A DNA stretch of 64,000 nt from Thermoplasmata archaeon (GCA_034667685.1 JAXDQU010000021.1:46654-110653), one strand, 5' to 3'. Counted from the stretch's first letter, positions 1 to 9,590 are shown. The notes: generated by a model from the sequence alone, not told the origin. Program-made: numbers and translations.

Positions 1-404
1 ATGATCGTCGCCGTCTTGGCCGTGATGCGGTGCGCCTTGCGCATGTTGCCCGCGGGGTCGTTCTTCTCGACGTCCGGATCGAACGTGGAGAGCGCGGAGA
101 CGCTGGTGCGCAGCGCGTCCATCGGGGGGGCGCGGCCGGCGAGCACGCGCAGCGCATCGAGCACCGGCGTGGCGAGGGCGCGCTCCTTGGCGAGCAGCTC
201 CTTCGTGTGCGCCAGCTCGGTGCGCGTGGGGAGCTTGCCCTGCCAGAGCAGGTGCGCGACCTCCTCGAAGCCGCTGTTGCGGGCCAGGTCGCCGATGTCG
301 ATCCCGCGGTACGTGAGGCGCCCCTGCTGGCCGTCCACCATGGAGAGCGACGTCTTGCCCGCGACGACGCCTTCCAGGCCCGCCTTCCACGTGCCGCTCG
401 CCAT
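1..404 (-). CDS. gltA: citrate synthase (N-terminal part, runs off window)
   Basis: Not in the ORF track; manual translation from ATG at 404 gives MASGTWKAGLEGVVAGKTSLSMVDGQQGRLTYRGIDIGDLARNSGFEEVAHLLWHGKLP, the typical citrate synthase N-terminus. Confidence 0.9.
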   Translation of the reverse strand, partial: MASGTWKAGLEGVVAGKTSLSMVDGQQGRLTYRGIDIGDLARNSGFEEVAHLLWQGKLPTRTELAHTKELLAKERALATPVLDALRVLAGRAPPMDALRTSVSALSTFDPDVEKNDPAGNMRKAHRITAKTATI

Positions 405-461
405 TCGAAAGAACCCCGCGTTTGGCGCCGGACAGCGGGTGGGGGTGAAGAATGTTTCTCA

Positions 462-544
462 CCCGAGCCCGCTTTCGAGCCCGATTCCGAGCCCTGTTTG
501 CGCGGCTCATCGGGCTAGGAATCGGGCTCGAAAGCGGGCTCGGG
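462..544. repeat. palindromic element, family B
   Basis: Arms CCCGAGCCCGCTTTCGAGCCCGATTCC / GGAATCGGGCTCGAAAGCGGGCTCGGG; the uvrC stop lies inside it. Confidence 0.85.
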
Positions 545-2419
545 ATTCCTCCGCCGTTTCCACGACGCCTCGTCCGCCGGCGCGATCCGCTCGGCCTCCT
601 TCGCGGCGGCCGCCGGCTCCAGGATGGCCTTGGCCAGCTTGGGCCCGATGCCGGGGACGCGGGCGAGGTCCTCCTCGCGGGCGCGCAGCACGTCGTCCAC
701 GCTGCCGAAGTGCGCGAGCAGGGCGCGCTTCTTGGCGGGGCCGAGGCCGGGCACGGCGTCGAGCGCGCTCTCGCGGAGCTGCTTGCGGCGGCTCGCCCTT
801 TGATAGCTCACGGCGAAGCGGTGCGCCTCGTCGCGCACGCGCATCAGGGGGAGCAGCGCCTCGCTCGCGCGGCCCAGCTTGAGCGGACGGAGCAGGTTGG
901 GCAGGTAGACCTCCTCCTCCTTCTTGGCGAGGCTCGCGAGCGGCTGCGCGTCGAGGCCCAGCTCGTGGAGCGCCTTGCGCGCGGCGTTCAATTGGCCCAT
1001 GCCGCCGTCGATGAGCACGAGGTCGGGAAGGGGCTCGCCCTCGCGCTGGAGGCGGCTGTAGCGCCGGCGGACCACCTCCTCCATCGCGGCGAAGTCGTCG
1101 TTGCGCTCGGTGCTCACCTTGAAGCGGCGGTACTCGGAGGGCGTCGCGCGGCCGTCCACGAGTACGCTCATCGAGGCGACGACGCCGGTGCCGCCCAGGT
1201 GGCTGATATCAAAGCACTCGATGCGCCGCGGGAGCGCGGGCAGCTTGAGCGCGGCCTGGAGCGCGGCCAGCTCCTTGCGGTGCTCGTCCTCGCCGCGCTT
1301 GAGGCGCTCCTGGCCGAGGCGGAACTCGGCGTTGCGCTGCGCGTGGTCGAGCACCGCGCGCAGGTCGCCCTTCTGCGGCACGCGGATGTCCACCGGGCCG
1401 CCGCGCTTCTCCGCGAGCCAGGCCGCGAGGCTCTCCGACCCCGCGGGCAGGTCAGGAACGAGGACCTCGCGGGGCACGCTGGGCAGGTTCTCGTAGTAGC
1501 GCTGCACGAACTCCGCGAGCACCTCGGGCACCTCGTGCGCCTGCGCGTTCCGGAAGAAGAACGTCTCCTGGCCCGCGACCTGGCCGCGCCGCAGCAGCAC
1601 GACGACGCCGGTCCACGCCGGGCCTTCGCGGTGCACGGTGAACACGTCGCGGTCCTCCTTGCCGCCCGCGAAGATGGCCTGGTGCTGGAGCGTCGTCGTC
1701 ACCGCGGTCAGGCGATCGCGGAGCTGCGCGGCGCGCTCGAACTGCTCGTGCTGCGCGGCATCCTCCATCTGGCGCTGCAGCTCCTTCGTGAGGCGTTCCA
1801 TGTCGCCCTTGAGGAACGCCTCGGCCTGCTGCGAGGCCTCCTGATATCGCGCGATGGGATCGACGTCCGAGAGGCCCCGGTCCGCGGTCTTGCGGCGGCG
1901 CTCCTCCAGGTCGGTCATGCACGGCGCCCAGCAGAGCCGCATTTGATAGCTCAGGCAGCCGCCCGGCAGCAGCTCCTTGCAGTCGCGCAGGCGGAACACC
2001 TCCTGCATCGTCTTCAGCGTCCGCCATGCCGCGCCCGCGTTGGGAAACGGCCCGAAGAGCCGCCCGCGCGCCTTGGTGTCGCGCACGATGCGCGCTCGCG
2101 GGAACGGGTGGTCCGAGAGCAGGATGAACGGGTAGCGCTTGTCGTCGGTGAGCGTGACGTTGTAGCGCGGGTGGTTCGCCTTGATCAGCGAGCTTTCGAG
2201 GAGCAGCGCCTCCTTCTCGGAGGTCGTCAGGATCAGCTCGACGTTCGCCGCCTTCTCCAGCATGACCTCCTTGCGCGGGTCGAGGTTGCCGTGCCGGTAG
2301 CTCGACAGGCGCGTCCGGAGGCTGCCCGCCTTCCCGACGTACAGGATGGTGCCCTGGTCGTCCTTGAAGAGATAGACGCCCGGCTCCTCCGGCACCGTGG
2401 CGAGGTCGACCTTGAGCAT
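515..2419 (-). CDS. uvrC: excinuclease ABC subunit C
   Basis: GIY-YIG (PGVYLFKD..ILYVGKA), RIECFDISH, PDLVLIDGG, RDEAHRFA and C-terminal HhH; start moved to MLKVDL. Confidence 0.97.
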   Translation of the reverse strand: MLKVDLATVPEEPGVYLFKDDQGTILYVGKAGSLRTRLSSYRHGNLDPRKEVMLEKAANVELILTTSEKEALLLESSLIKANHPRYNVTLTDDKRYPFILLSDHPFPRARIVRDTKARGRLFGPFPNAGAAWRTLKTMQEVFRLRDCKELLPGGCLSYQMRLCWAPCMTDLEERRRKTADRGLSDVDPIARYQEASQQAEAFLKGDMERLTKELQRQMEDAAQHEQFERAAQLRDRLTAVTTTLQHQAIFAGGKEDRDVFTVHREGPAWTGVVVLLRRGQVAGQETFFFRNAQAHEVPEVLAEFVQRYYENLPSVPREVLVPDLPAGSESLAAWLAEKRGGPVDIRVPQKGDLRAVLDHAQRNAEFRLGQERLKRGEDEHRKELAALQAALKLPALPRRIECFDISHLGGTGVVASMSVLVDGRATPSEYRRFKVSTERNDDFAAMEEVVRRRYSRLQREGEPLPDLVLIDGGMGQLNAARKALHELGLDAQPLASLAKKEEEVYLPNLLRPLKLGRASEALLPLMRVRDEAHRFAVSYQRASRRKQLRESALDAVPGLGPAKKRALLAHFGSVDDVLRAREEDLARVPGIGPKLAKAILEPAAAAKEAERIAPADEASWKRRRNPEPAFEPDS

Positions 2420-2479
2420 CCGACAGGAACGACGGGGCGTCTCCGGCTTGAGGATTTGCGGGGCGTCGGCCCCCTGGCG

Positions 2480-2560
2480 TGACCCCACCAGAAACCCGAG
2501 GACCCGAAAACCCGAGAACCCGAGCCAAGGAATCGGGTTCTCGGGTTTCTGGTGGGGTCA
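2480..2560. repeat. palindromic element, family C (ACCCGAGA units)
   Basis: TGACCCCACCAGAAACCCGAG...CTCGGGTTTCTGGTGGGGTCA with 8-nt tandem units. Confidence 0.8.
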
Positions 2561-2662
2561 CAAACCCGGCCAAGCGGAGAGGTGGGGAGGCCAAATGTGG
2601 AGGCTTTCTTTCAATGACCCCACTCCCTGAGGCTCTTTCGCCTGGCCGCCTGCCGGAGTCCC

Positions 2663-3364
2663 ATGCTCGGTGACGCGGTTGCGCCCCTCACGGCCCCCAG
2701 CCCTCTTTCGAGCCCCAGCCCGAGCCCTGCTTGCGCGTGGCAGCAGGGCTCGGGCTGGGGCTCGAAAGAGGGCTCGGGACGGCTACGCATCGGCCTCTCC
2801 GCCCAGGAATGGGCCGAGCCCGGACGGCTCACCCTCGTCGTCGCCCCGCCGCGCTGGCTAAGCGGCCTCGAATCGCGCCTCCTGCTGGACACCATCGCCA
2901 CCGGCCGCGACGCCTTCCTGGTAAGCGGCGACAACCGCCTCGACGCCTACGCCCTCCTCGCCCAAGCCCGCGCAAAAGGGCTGGAGACCGAGCTGGCCGA
3001 CGGCGTCTGGATCACGCGCGCCTTCACCGTCCACCAGCTCGTCGCGCTCCTCGAAGAAGCGCTCCCCCTCGCCAGCCGCCAACACCCGCTGGGCCTCGCC
3101 CTCGCCACCGGCCTCCTGGAGATGTTCCTCGACGAGGACGTTCAACCCCACGAAGCCCGCGCCCTCTTCACCCGCAGCGTGCGCCGCCTCGACGCCTGGG
3201 CCCGGACGCGCGACTTCCCCGTCATCGCCACCCTCGCGCAAGCTACCGGCGCGCGGGCCGAAGCGCTGCTCGCGGAGGTGCAGGGGCGGGAGCCACCGCG
3301 CGCCGCGCCGTCCCAGCTAGATCTGGCCAGATCTAGCCGCCAAGCCACGCTGGAGGTGGCCTGA
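2663..3364 (+). CDS. inactivated RadA/RecA-like protein associated with PolB2
   Basis: RadA-like segments DAFLVSGDNRLDAY and VWITRAFTVHQL, with degenerate Walker A and B; first gene of the polB2 operon. Confidence 0.75.
   Translation: MLGDAVAPLTAPSPLSSPSPSPACAWQQGSGWGSKEGSGRLRIGLSAQEWAEPGRLTLVVAPPRWLSGLESRLLLDTIATGRDAFLVSGDNRLDAYALLAQARAKGLETELADGVWITRAFTVHQLVALLEEALPLASRQHPLGLALATGLLEMFLDEDVQPHEARALFTRSVRRLDAWARTRDFPVIATLAQATGARAEALLAEVQGREPPRAAPSQLDLARSSRQATLEVA
2699..2774. repeat. palindromic element, family B, inside a CDS
   Basis: Perfect 33-bp arms at 2699-2731 and 2742-2774 with a 10-nt loop. Confidence 0.9.
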
Positions 3365-3607
3365 GTGGGCCGCACGCTTCCGACGTCGCGCCACGTCCTC
3401 GACGCGCTGGAGCTCGAGTGGCAGGATTACCGCCGCGGCCTGACGGAGGCGGAGCAGCGCCGCTTCGACGCGCTCTGGCAGAAGGCGCGCGCGCACGCCA
3501 GCGCGATGGCGAACCAGTCGCCGTTGGATCCGATGCAGGCGGCGCTGCTCGGGATGATCCTGGAGATGCAGGGCGAGATCGACCGGTTGCGGGGCCTGCG
3601 GGCGTGA
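3365..3607 (+). CDS. small helical protein conserved next to PolB2
   Basis: MGRTLPTSR..EWQDYRRGL..RFDALW.KARAHASA matches the small genes that precede archaeal polB2. Confidence 0.8.
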   Translation: MGRTLPTSRHVLDALELEWQDYRRGLTEAEQRRFDALWQKARAHASAMANQSPLDPMQAALLGMILEMQGEIDRLRGLRA

Positions 3608-3630
3608 TCGTGGTTGGGCGCAGTCTCCAC

Positions 3631-3695
3631 CAGCCACAGAGGACACGGAGGAACGAAAGAAGCCGCCTCTGTGGCCTCCATGTCCTCTGTGGCGG
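3631..3695. repeat. palindromic element, family A (ACAGAGGAC units)
   Basis: CAGCCACAGAGGACACGGAGG-loop-CCTCTGTGGCCTCCATGTCCTCTGTGGCGG; related copies at 9516, 17336 and 28453. Confidence 0.9.
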
Positions 3696-3731
3696 GAGTG
3701 GGCACGGACGCCGCGCGATGAGGACGCGGGC

Positions 3732-6098
3732 ATGATCGACGGCTTCATCCTCGACGTGACGCCGGACCCGACGAAGGCGCAGATGGTCCTGTGGATCAAG
3801 ACGCCGGAGGGCAGGGTCGTGCCGTGGCGCGCGCCGTTCACGCCGGCGTTCTACGTGGCGGGGCCGCAGCCCGCGCTCGACGAGCTCACGACGACGTTGC
3901 CGCTGCTGCCGGGCGTGGGCGCGCTCTCCTTCGAGGTGCGCAGGCTGGGTTTGGGCGGGCGGCGGCGCGTGCTGAAGGTGCCGGTGCGCGACACGAAGCG
4001 CCTGATGGCCGTCGCGAAGATGGTGGACGCGCGCGGCGGGCACCGCGACCTGGACCTCTACGACGTGGACCTGCGCGCCAGCCAGCGCTTCTTCTTCGAT
4101 CGCGGTCTCTTCCCCTTCGCGCGCGTGCGGGCCGGCGCCCAGGATGATATCACGGCGCTGGACAAGGCGTGGGACCTGGAGTACGTGCGCCCGCCACTCT
4201 CGGAGGCGAGCCTGCGCGTGGAGGCGCGGCGGCGCGGGGCGCGCGTCGAGCCGGAGGATCCGGTGACGCGCGTGGTCCTCGGGCCGGGGGCCGGGAGCTT
4301 CGACAAGGAGGGCGAGCTCGTGCCCCATCCGGACGACGTCGCGCTCGAAGGCGACGAGGAGGACGTGCTGCGCGAGACGATGCGCCTCGTGCGCGAGCGC
4401 GATCCGGACGTGCTCTACACGTGGGGCGGCGACCGCTGGGGGCTGCGGCATCTTGCGGCGCGCGCCCAGGCGTTGGGCCTCGCGGGCTGGACGCTCGCGC
4501 GCGGGGAGGGCGAGGTGGCGCAGCCGCCCACGCGCAAGGCGCGGAGCTTCTTCCAGTACGGCCACATCCGCTACAGCGCGCCCACGTACCCGCTCGCGGG
4601 GCGCATGCACGTGGACCTGCGCGAGAGCTTCTTCTTCGGCGAGTCGAGGCTGGCGGGCGTCATCGACCTCTCGCGCCTCTCGGGCATCCCCGTCTCGGAG
4701 CTGGCGCGCCTGGAGGCCGGCACGGCGGTCACGGCCATCGAGATCGACTTCGCGAAGCGCCAGGGGCGCCTGATCCCGTGGAAGAAGAACATGCCCGAGA
4801 AGCCCAAGACGCTGCGCAGCCTGGTGCGCGCGGACCGGGGCGGCTACATCTTCGACCCGCGCGTGGGCCTCTACGACGATGTCATCGAGCTGGACTTCGG
4901 GTCGCTCTACCCCGCGCTCATCGCGAACCACAACCTGGGCTCCGAGGCGATCCTGTGCGCGTGCTGCGACCCGGAGAAGCTGCCGCCCGAGCGCTTCGTG
5001 CCGCAGATCGGCTACCACGTCTGCGACAAGCCCGCCGTCGTGCCGCAGGTGCTCAAGAGCCTGGTCAAGCGGCGCATGGACATCAAGAAGATGCGCAACG
5101 CCGCAACGGACGAGGCGCTCTTCCACGAATACAAGGGGCGCGTGGACGCGCTCAAGTGGCTCAACGTCGTCGCGTTCGGCTATCAGGGCTACAAGAACGC
5201 GCGCTTCGGCTGCATCGAGGCGCACGAGGCCACCTGCGCGTGGTCGCGCGAGGCGCTGCTCCGGGCCAAGGAGATCGCGCATGACGCGGGCTACGAGTTC
5301 CTGCACGGCATCGTCGACTCGCTCTGGCTGCAGAAGGTCGGGACCGCGAGCTGCTCCGCGGAGCAGCTCGCGGCGCGGGTCGAGGCCGAGGTCGGCATCC
5401 CCTTCGAGCCGCAGGGGCGCTACAAGTGGATCGTCTTCCTGCCCACGCGCTCGCACGACGCCCAGGGCGCTCCGCGGATCGGCGCGCCGAACCGCTTCTA
5501 CGGCTGCTTCGACAAGGCCCCGCGCGTGCTGGGGCGCAGCCAGGCGGGGCAGCCCCTCGACGACATCGCCGGGGGCGCGATGAAGGTGCGCGGCGTCGAG
5601 TACCGGCAGGACTCGTGCCCGCCCGTCCTGGCCTGGATGCAGCACGACATGCTGGAGGTCCTGGCGAAGGCCGACGACGCGCCGCAGTTCCGCGCGCGCA
5701 TCCCGGAGGCGCTGGAGACGGCGAGGGGCTTCGCGCGGCGCGTGCGCGCGGGCGCGTGCGGGCCCGAGGAGCTCTGGATCGACCTGCGCGTCACGCGCGG
5801 CCTCGAGGGGCGCACGCAGATGAACCACGGCCACGCGGCGCTCAGGCAGCTCGCGGCCCAGGGGGAGGTCGTCGCGCCGGGCGATCGCGTGCGCTTCGTC
5901 ATCACCGACGCCGCGAGCCGCGACCCGGCGCAGCGCGTGCGCGAGAAGCGGCTCGGGCCTCCCGACCATTATGATATCGAGGCCTACGAAACGCTGCTCG
6001 CGCGCGGCGTCGCGTCGCTGCTGCTGCCCTTCGGCTACGACGAGGCGAAGGCGCTGGCCGCGCTGCGCGGGGAGCCCATGCAGACGTGCCTGGCGTGA
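3732..6098 (+). CDS. polB2: family B DNA polymerase, PolB2 group
   Basis: Motif A ELDFGSLYP, motif B KWLNVVAFGY, motif C HGIVDS in place of YGDTDS; exonuclease motifs degenerate. Confidence 0.9.
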   Translation: MIDGFILDVTPDPTKAQMVLWIKTPEGRVVPWRAPFTPAFYVAGPQPALDELTTTLPLLPGVGALSFEVRRLGLGGRRRVLKVPVRDTKRLMAVAKMVDARGGHRDLDLYDVDLRASQRFFFDRGLFPFARVRAGAQDDITALDKAWDLEYVRPPLSEASLRVEARRRGARVEPEDPVTRVVLGPGAGSFDKEGELVPHPDDVALEGDEEDVLRETMRLVRERDPDVLYTWGGDRWGLRHLAARAQALGLAGWTLARGEGEVAQPPTRKARSFFQYGHIRYSAPTYPLAGRMHVDLRESFFFGESRLAGVIDLSRLSGIPVSELARLEAGTAVTAIEIDFAKRQGRLIPWKKNMPEKPKTLRSLVRADRGGYIFDPRVGLYDDVIELDFGSLYPALIANHNLGSEAILCACCDPEKLPPERFVPQIGYHVCDKPAVVPQVLKSLVKRRMDIKKMRNAATDEALFHEYKGRVDALKWLNVVAFGYQGYKNARFGCIEAHEATCAWSREALLRAKEIAHDAGYEFLHGIVDSLWLQKVGTASCSAEQLAARVEAEVGIPFEPQGRYKWIVFLPTRSHDAQGAPRIGAPNRFYGCFDKAPRVLGRSQAGQPLDDIAGGAMKVRGVEYRQDSCPPVLAWMQHDMLEVLAKADDAPQFRARIPEALETARGFARRVRAGACGPEELWIDLRVTRGLEGRTQMNHGHAALRQLAAQGEVVAPGDRVRFVITDAASRDPAQRVREKRLGPPDHYDIEAYETLLARGVASLLLPFGYDEAKALAALRGEPMQTCLA

Positions 6099-6761
6099 TC
6101 ATTCGGCGTCGGGCGCCGCCACGATCTCTTCAGCAGGCATGGCAGCCACCGCACCCGGCCAGACGCGGCGCGAGAAGGCGCTGACGTAGAACGCGGCGCC
6201 GCCCACGAAGAAGAGCGCGAGCGAGAGCCAGGGCGTGACGAAGGCGGCCGCGACCGAGAGCAGGCTGATCGCCACGAGGCTGAGGATCGCGTAGTGCGTC
6301 GCGCGGATCGCCGCGTCGGAGAGGTCGGGCCCCACGAGGCGGCGGCCCGCGGTCACGTAGCTCCAGCGCGCCCAGAGGCAGAGGAAGTAGACCAGCGCCG
6401 AGAGCGCGGGGACCATGACGCCCAGAGGCGTGCCGAGGTTCTGGCCGAAGAGGCGCGCGGCGAAGGGCTGCAGCGTCGCGACGAAGAGAAGCGGCAGGTT
6501 GAGCAGCGCGAGGTTGCGGTCCATCCTGCGCACGTAGCGCAGGTCGACGTGGAACGCGTACCAGAGCGTGCCCAGCAGGCCGAACGTCGTGACGTAGGCG
6601 AAGAACGCCGGCCACTGGCCGCGCAGGTTCTCCAGCACGTCGCCCATCTGGCCGGTGGGCGCGAAGGGGGCGACGGCGAGCAGCGTCATCGAGAAGCCGA
6701 ACACGTTGTCGCCGATGCTCTTCACGCTCTCCAGCGAGAGCGGGAGGTAGCGCTGCGTCAT
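6099..6761 (-). CDS. TMEM175 family membrane protein (divergent)
   Basis: SIGDNVFGFSMTLL, WPAFFAYVTTF..LW..FH, and several TM helices. Confidence 0.7.
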   Translation of the reverse strand: MTQRYLPLSLESVKSIGDNVFGFSMTLLAVAPFAPTGQMGDVLENLRGQWPAFFAYVTTFGLLGTLWYAFHVDLRYVRRMDRNLALLNLPLLFVATLQPFAARLFGQNLGTPLGVMVPALSALVYFLCLWARWSYVTAGRRLVGPDLSDAAIRATHYAILSLVAISLLSVAAAFVTPWLSLALFFVGGAAFYVSAFSRRVWPGAVAAMPAEEIVAAPDAE

Positions 6762-8059
6762 CCCCGCGGCGCCTCCGGCGCGACGAAGCGGCCCGCGCCC
6801 GCAGGGCCCACGAGCCTGCCTTCCTCGACCACGAGCGATCCGCGCAGCGCGACGTGCGTGGGGAAGACGGCCGGCATCCCCTCGAAGGGCGTCCAGCCGG
6901 CGCGGCTCGCCATCTCGGAGGCGCGGACCGGGCGCTCGGCGGCCAGGTCGTACACCGCGAAGTCGGCGTCGTGGCCCGGCGATAGCATTCCCTTGCGCGG
7001 GATGCCGAAGAGGCGCGCGCCCGCGACGCTCGCGTCGAGGAGGCGCGGCAGCGCGATCCGGCCCCGCTTCGCGAAGGGGAGCAGGACCGGAAGGAGGGTC
7101 TGCACGCCGGGCACGCCGGAGGGGCAGCCGGCCTGCGAGGGGACGTCCTTCTCGGCGGGCGTGTGCGGCGCGTGGTCGCTGGCGATGGCCGCGATGCGCC
7201 CGTCGCCCAGGGCGCGCCAGAGCGCCTCGGCGTCCTCCTGCGCGCGCAGGGGCGGGTTCATCTTGAAGCGGCCGCCCTGGGAGAGCCTCTGCTCCGTCAG
7301 GAGCAGATGGTGCGGGCAGACCTCGGCGCTGAACGGCGTGCCACGCATCGCCTCGAGCCCCGCGGCGGTGGAGAGGTGCGCGATGTGCACGCGCGCGCCG
7401 GTGCCGGCCGCCGCCTCCACGAGGGACTGGATCGCCTCGGCCTCGCATTCGGGCGGGCGCGACGCGGCGTGGCTGGGGAACGTCGCGTCGACGAGGTGCG
7501 CGTGGCGCTCCAGGCAGGCTTGGCTCTCGGCGTGGAACGCGACGGTGCGGCCGCGCTTCGCCGCCTCCACGAGCGCGCGGCGCACAAGGCCGTGGTCGCG
7601 CACGAGCAGGTGCCCGGTGGTGGCGCCGAGGTAGACCTTCATCGCGCTCGCGAAGGGCAGGACGTCGAGCGCCTCGCCACGCTCGTCCAGGCCGCAGTAG
7701 AGGCCGAAGTCGACGTGCGCCTTGGCGGCCGCGATGGCGAGCTTGCCGTCGAACGCCTCGCGCGTGAAGACGGGCGGCACGGTGTTGGGCATGTCCATGA
7801 CGGTGGTCACGCCGCCCAGCGCCGCCGCCGCGGTGCCGCTGCCGAAGTCCTCCTTCTGCGGGTGGCCCGGGTCGCGGAAGTGGACGTGCGCGTCCACGGC
7901 GCCGGGCGCGACGAGCCGCTCGCCGAAGTCCAGCGTCCGGAGCGCGGGCTCCTCGCGCATCGCGGCGATCCGGCCCTCGCGGACGCTGAACGCGCCCCGG
8001 GCGAGCGTGCCATCCGGCTGGAAGAGCGTGCCCTTGACCACGAGGTCGGCGCGGGCCAT
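6758..8059 (-). CDS. pyrC: dihydroorotase (amidohydrolase family)
   Basis: DAHVHFRDPG, DMPNTVPP, EVCPHHL, KMNPPLR, SDHAPH. Confidence 0.9.
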   Translation of the reverse strand: MARADLVVKGTLFQPDGTLARGAFSVREGRIAAMREEPALRTLDFGERLVAPGAVDAHVHFRDPGHPQKEDFGSGTAAAALGGVTTVMDMPNTVPPVFTREAFDGKLAIAAAKAHVDFGLYCGLDERGEALDVLPFASAMKVYLGATTGHLLVRDHGLVRRALVEAAKRGRTVAFHAESQACLERHAHLVDATFPSHAASRPPECEAEAIQSLVEAAAGTGARVHIAHLSTAAGLEAMRGTPFSAEVCPHHLLLTEQRLSQGGRFKMNPPLRAQEDAEALWRALGDGRIAAIASDHAPHTPAEKDVPSQAGCPSGVPGVQTLLPVLLPFAKRGRIALPRLLDASVAGARLFGIPRKGMLSPGHDADFAVYDLAAERPVRASEMASRAGWTPFEGMPAVFPTHVALRGSLVVEEGRLVGPAGAGRFVAPEAPRG

Positions 8060-8099
8060 CGCGGCGCGATGCTGGGGCTTCCGCTTAACGGTTCGTCGT

Positions 8100-8210
8100 T
8101 CCCGCTGGGGCTTCGCCCCAGACCCCAAACACCACCGAATCCACGAATCATCGCGACGCGGATTCGTGGATTCGGTGGTGTTTGGGGTCTGGGGCAAAGC
8201 CCCAGCGGGA
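8100..8210. repeat. long palindromic element, family D
   Basis: 50-bp arms with one mismatch; each arm contains a GGGGC-NNN-GCCCC mini-hairpin and CGAATC units. Confidence 0.9.
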
Positions 8211-8337
8211 GCACCATGATATCAAACGAGGCGCCTTCCCGAGCCGATCAAATGACGGAGAGATAGGGCTCCGCGAGAGAAGGCGTGTCACGCGGAACCA
8301 CGATAGGCTCATGACCCGAAGCGGGGGTGGCGCCCCA

Positions 8338-9492
8338 ATGGTCGACCAGGCCCGCCGGATGCGCGACCTGCCCCTCTCGGGGATCCGCAAGATGTTCGAG
8401 ATGGCGGGGAAGGACGCCATCAACTTCGGCATCGGGGAGCCTGACTTCCAGCCCCCGGGCTACGTCATCGACGCCTACCACCGCGCGATGCGCGAGGGCA
8501 AGAACAACTACGGCCCCAGCAGCGGCATCCCGGAGCTGCGCGCCGCCATCGCGCAGAAGGAGCGCCACCGGCTTCCGGGCATCGACGCGAGCCACGTCAT
8601 CGTGACGACCGGCTCGACCTCGGGGCTGTACGCGACCATCGCCTCGTTCATCGACCCGGGCGACGAGGTGCTCATGCCCAACCCGGGCTTCGTGCTCTAC
8701 CGTCCGCACACGGTGCTCGTGGGCGGCGTGCCGGTCTACTACCCGCTGCGCAAGGAGTTCCACTACCGGCCGCGCGTGGACGACCTGCGCGCGCTCGTGA
8801 CGCCGAAGACCAAGGCCATCATCGTCAACTCGCCCTCCAACCCGACCGGCGCGTGCCTGCGCGAGAAGGACGTCGACTACATCGTCGAGTTCGCGCGCGA
8901 GCACGGCCTGCTCCTGATCACCGACGAGGCGTACGACACGATCACGTACGACCGCCCGCACGCCAGCTTCCTGGGCAAGTACGAGAGCACGGTCTACCTC
9001 AACACGTTCAGCAAGGCGTACGCGATGACCGGCTGGCGCATCGGCTACATCGTCGCCGACCCCGCGCTCGCCGAGCCGATCAAGCGCATGAACTACCACC
9101 TGGTGGCCTGCCCCGCGACGCCCACGCAGTACGCGTGCCTCGCCGCGCTGGAGGGTCCGCAGGACTTCGTGCACGGCATGGTCCAGACGTTCAAGGAGCG
9201 CCGCGACCTCATCGTGAAGCTGGTCAAGGAGGTCCCCGGCCTCGACATCGTGAAGCCCGAGGGCGCCTTCTACGCGTTCTGCTCCTACGAGCACGACGTG
9301 GACTGCAACGAGCTGGCGCTCCATCTGCTCAAGCGCCGCAACGTCGTCGTGACGCCCGGCTCCGCGTTCGGCTCGCTGGGCGCGGGCCACATCCGCCTCT
9401 CGTACTCGACCGACGAGGGCACGATCCGCGAGGGGATGGGTCGCATCCGCGCCGCCTTCGAAGAATTGGCCGCAGGCAAGAAGCTCTCCTGA
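8338..9492 (+). CDS. PLP-dependent aminotransferase, class I/II
   Basis: GEPDF, NSPSNPTG, DEAY, NTFSKAYAMTGWRIG. Confidence 0.95.
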   Translation: MVDQARRMRDLPLSGIRKMFEMAGKDAINFGIGEPDFQPPGYVIDAYHRAMREGKNNYGPSSGIPELRAAIAQKERHRLPGIDASHVIVTTGSTSGLYATIASFIDPGDEVLMPNPGFVLYRPHTVLVGGVPVYYPLRKEFHYRPRVDDLRALVTPKTKAIIVNSPSNPTGACLREKDVDYIVEFAREHGLLLITDEAYDTITYDRPHASFLGKYESTVYLNTFSKAYAMTGWRIGYIVADPALAEPIKRMNYHLVACPATPTQYACLAALEGPQDFVHGMVQTFKERRDLIVKLVKEVPGLDIVKPEGAFYAFCSYEHDVDCNELALHLLKRRNVVVTPGSAFGSLGAGHIRLSYSTDEGTIREGMGRIRAAFEELAAGKKLS

Positions 9493-9515
9493 TATCAGAT
9501 CTTCTCGCCCCACTC

Positions 9516-9590
9516 CCGCCACGGAGGACACAGAGGTCACAGAGGACGGTTCTTCTCGTTCCTGCGTGTCCGCTGTGTCCTCCGTGGCTG
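9516..9590. repeat. palindromic element, family A (reverse orientation)
   Basis: Approximate reverse complement of the 3631 copy, including the loop and the GGGAGTGGG flank. Confidence 0.9.

Noticed and set aside
3333-5969. Long antisense and alternative-frame ORFs (also 452-2482, 14502-16994, 28540-31098, 31095-33914, 35002-37515, 37742-40921)
   Set aside because: Shadows of real genes in high-GC DNA; R/A/G/P-rich with no recognisable motifs
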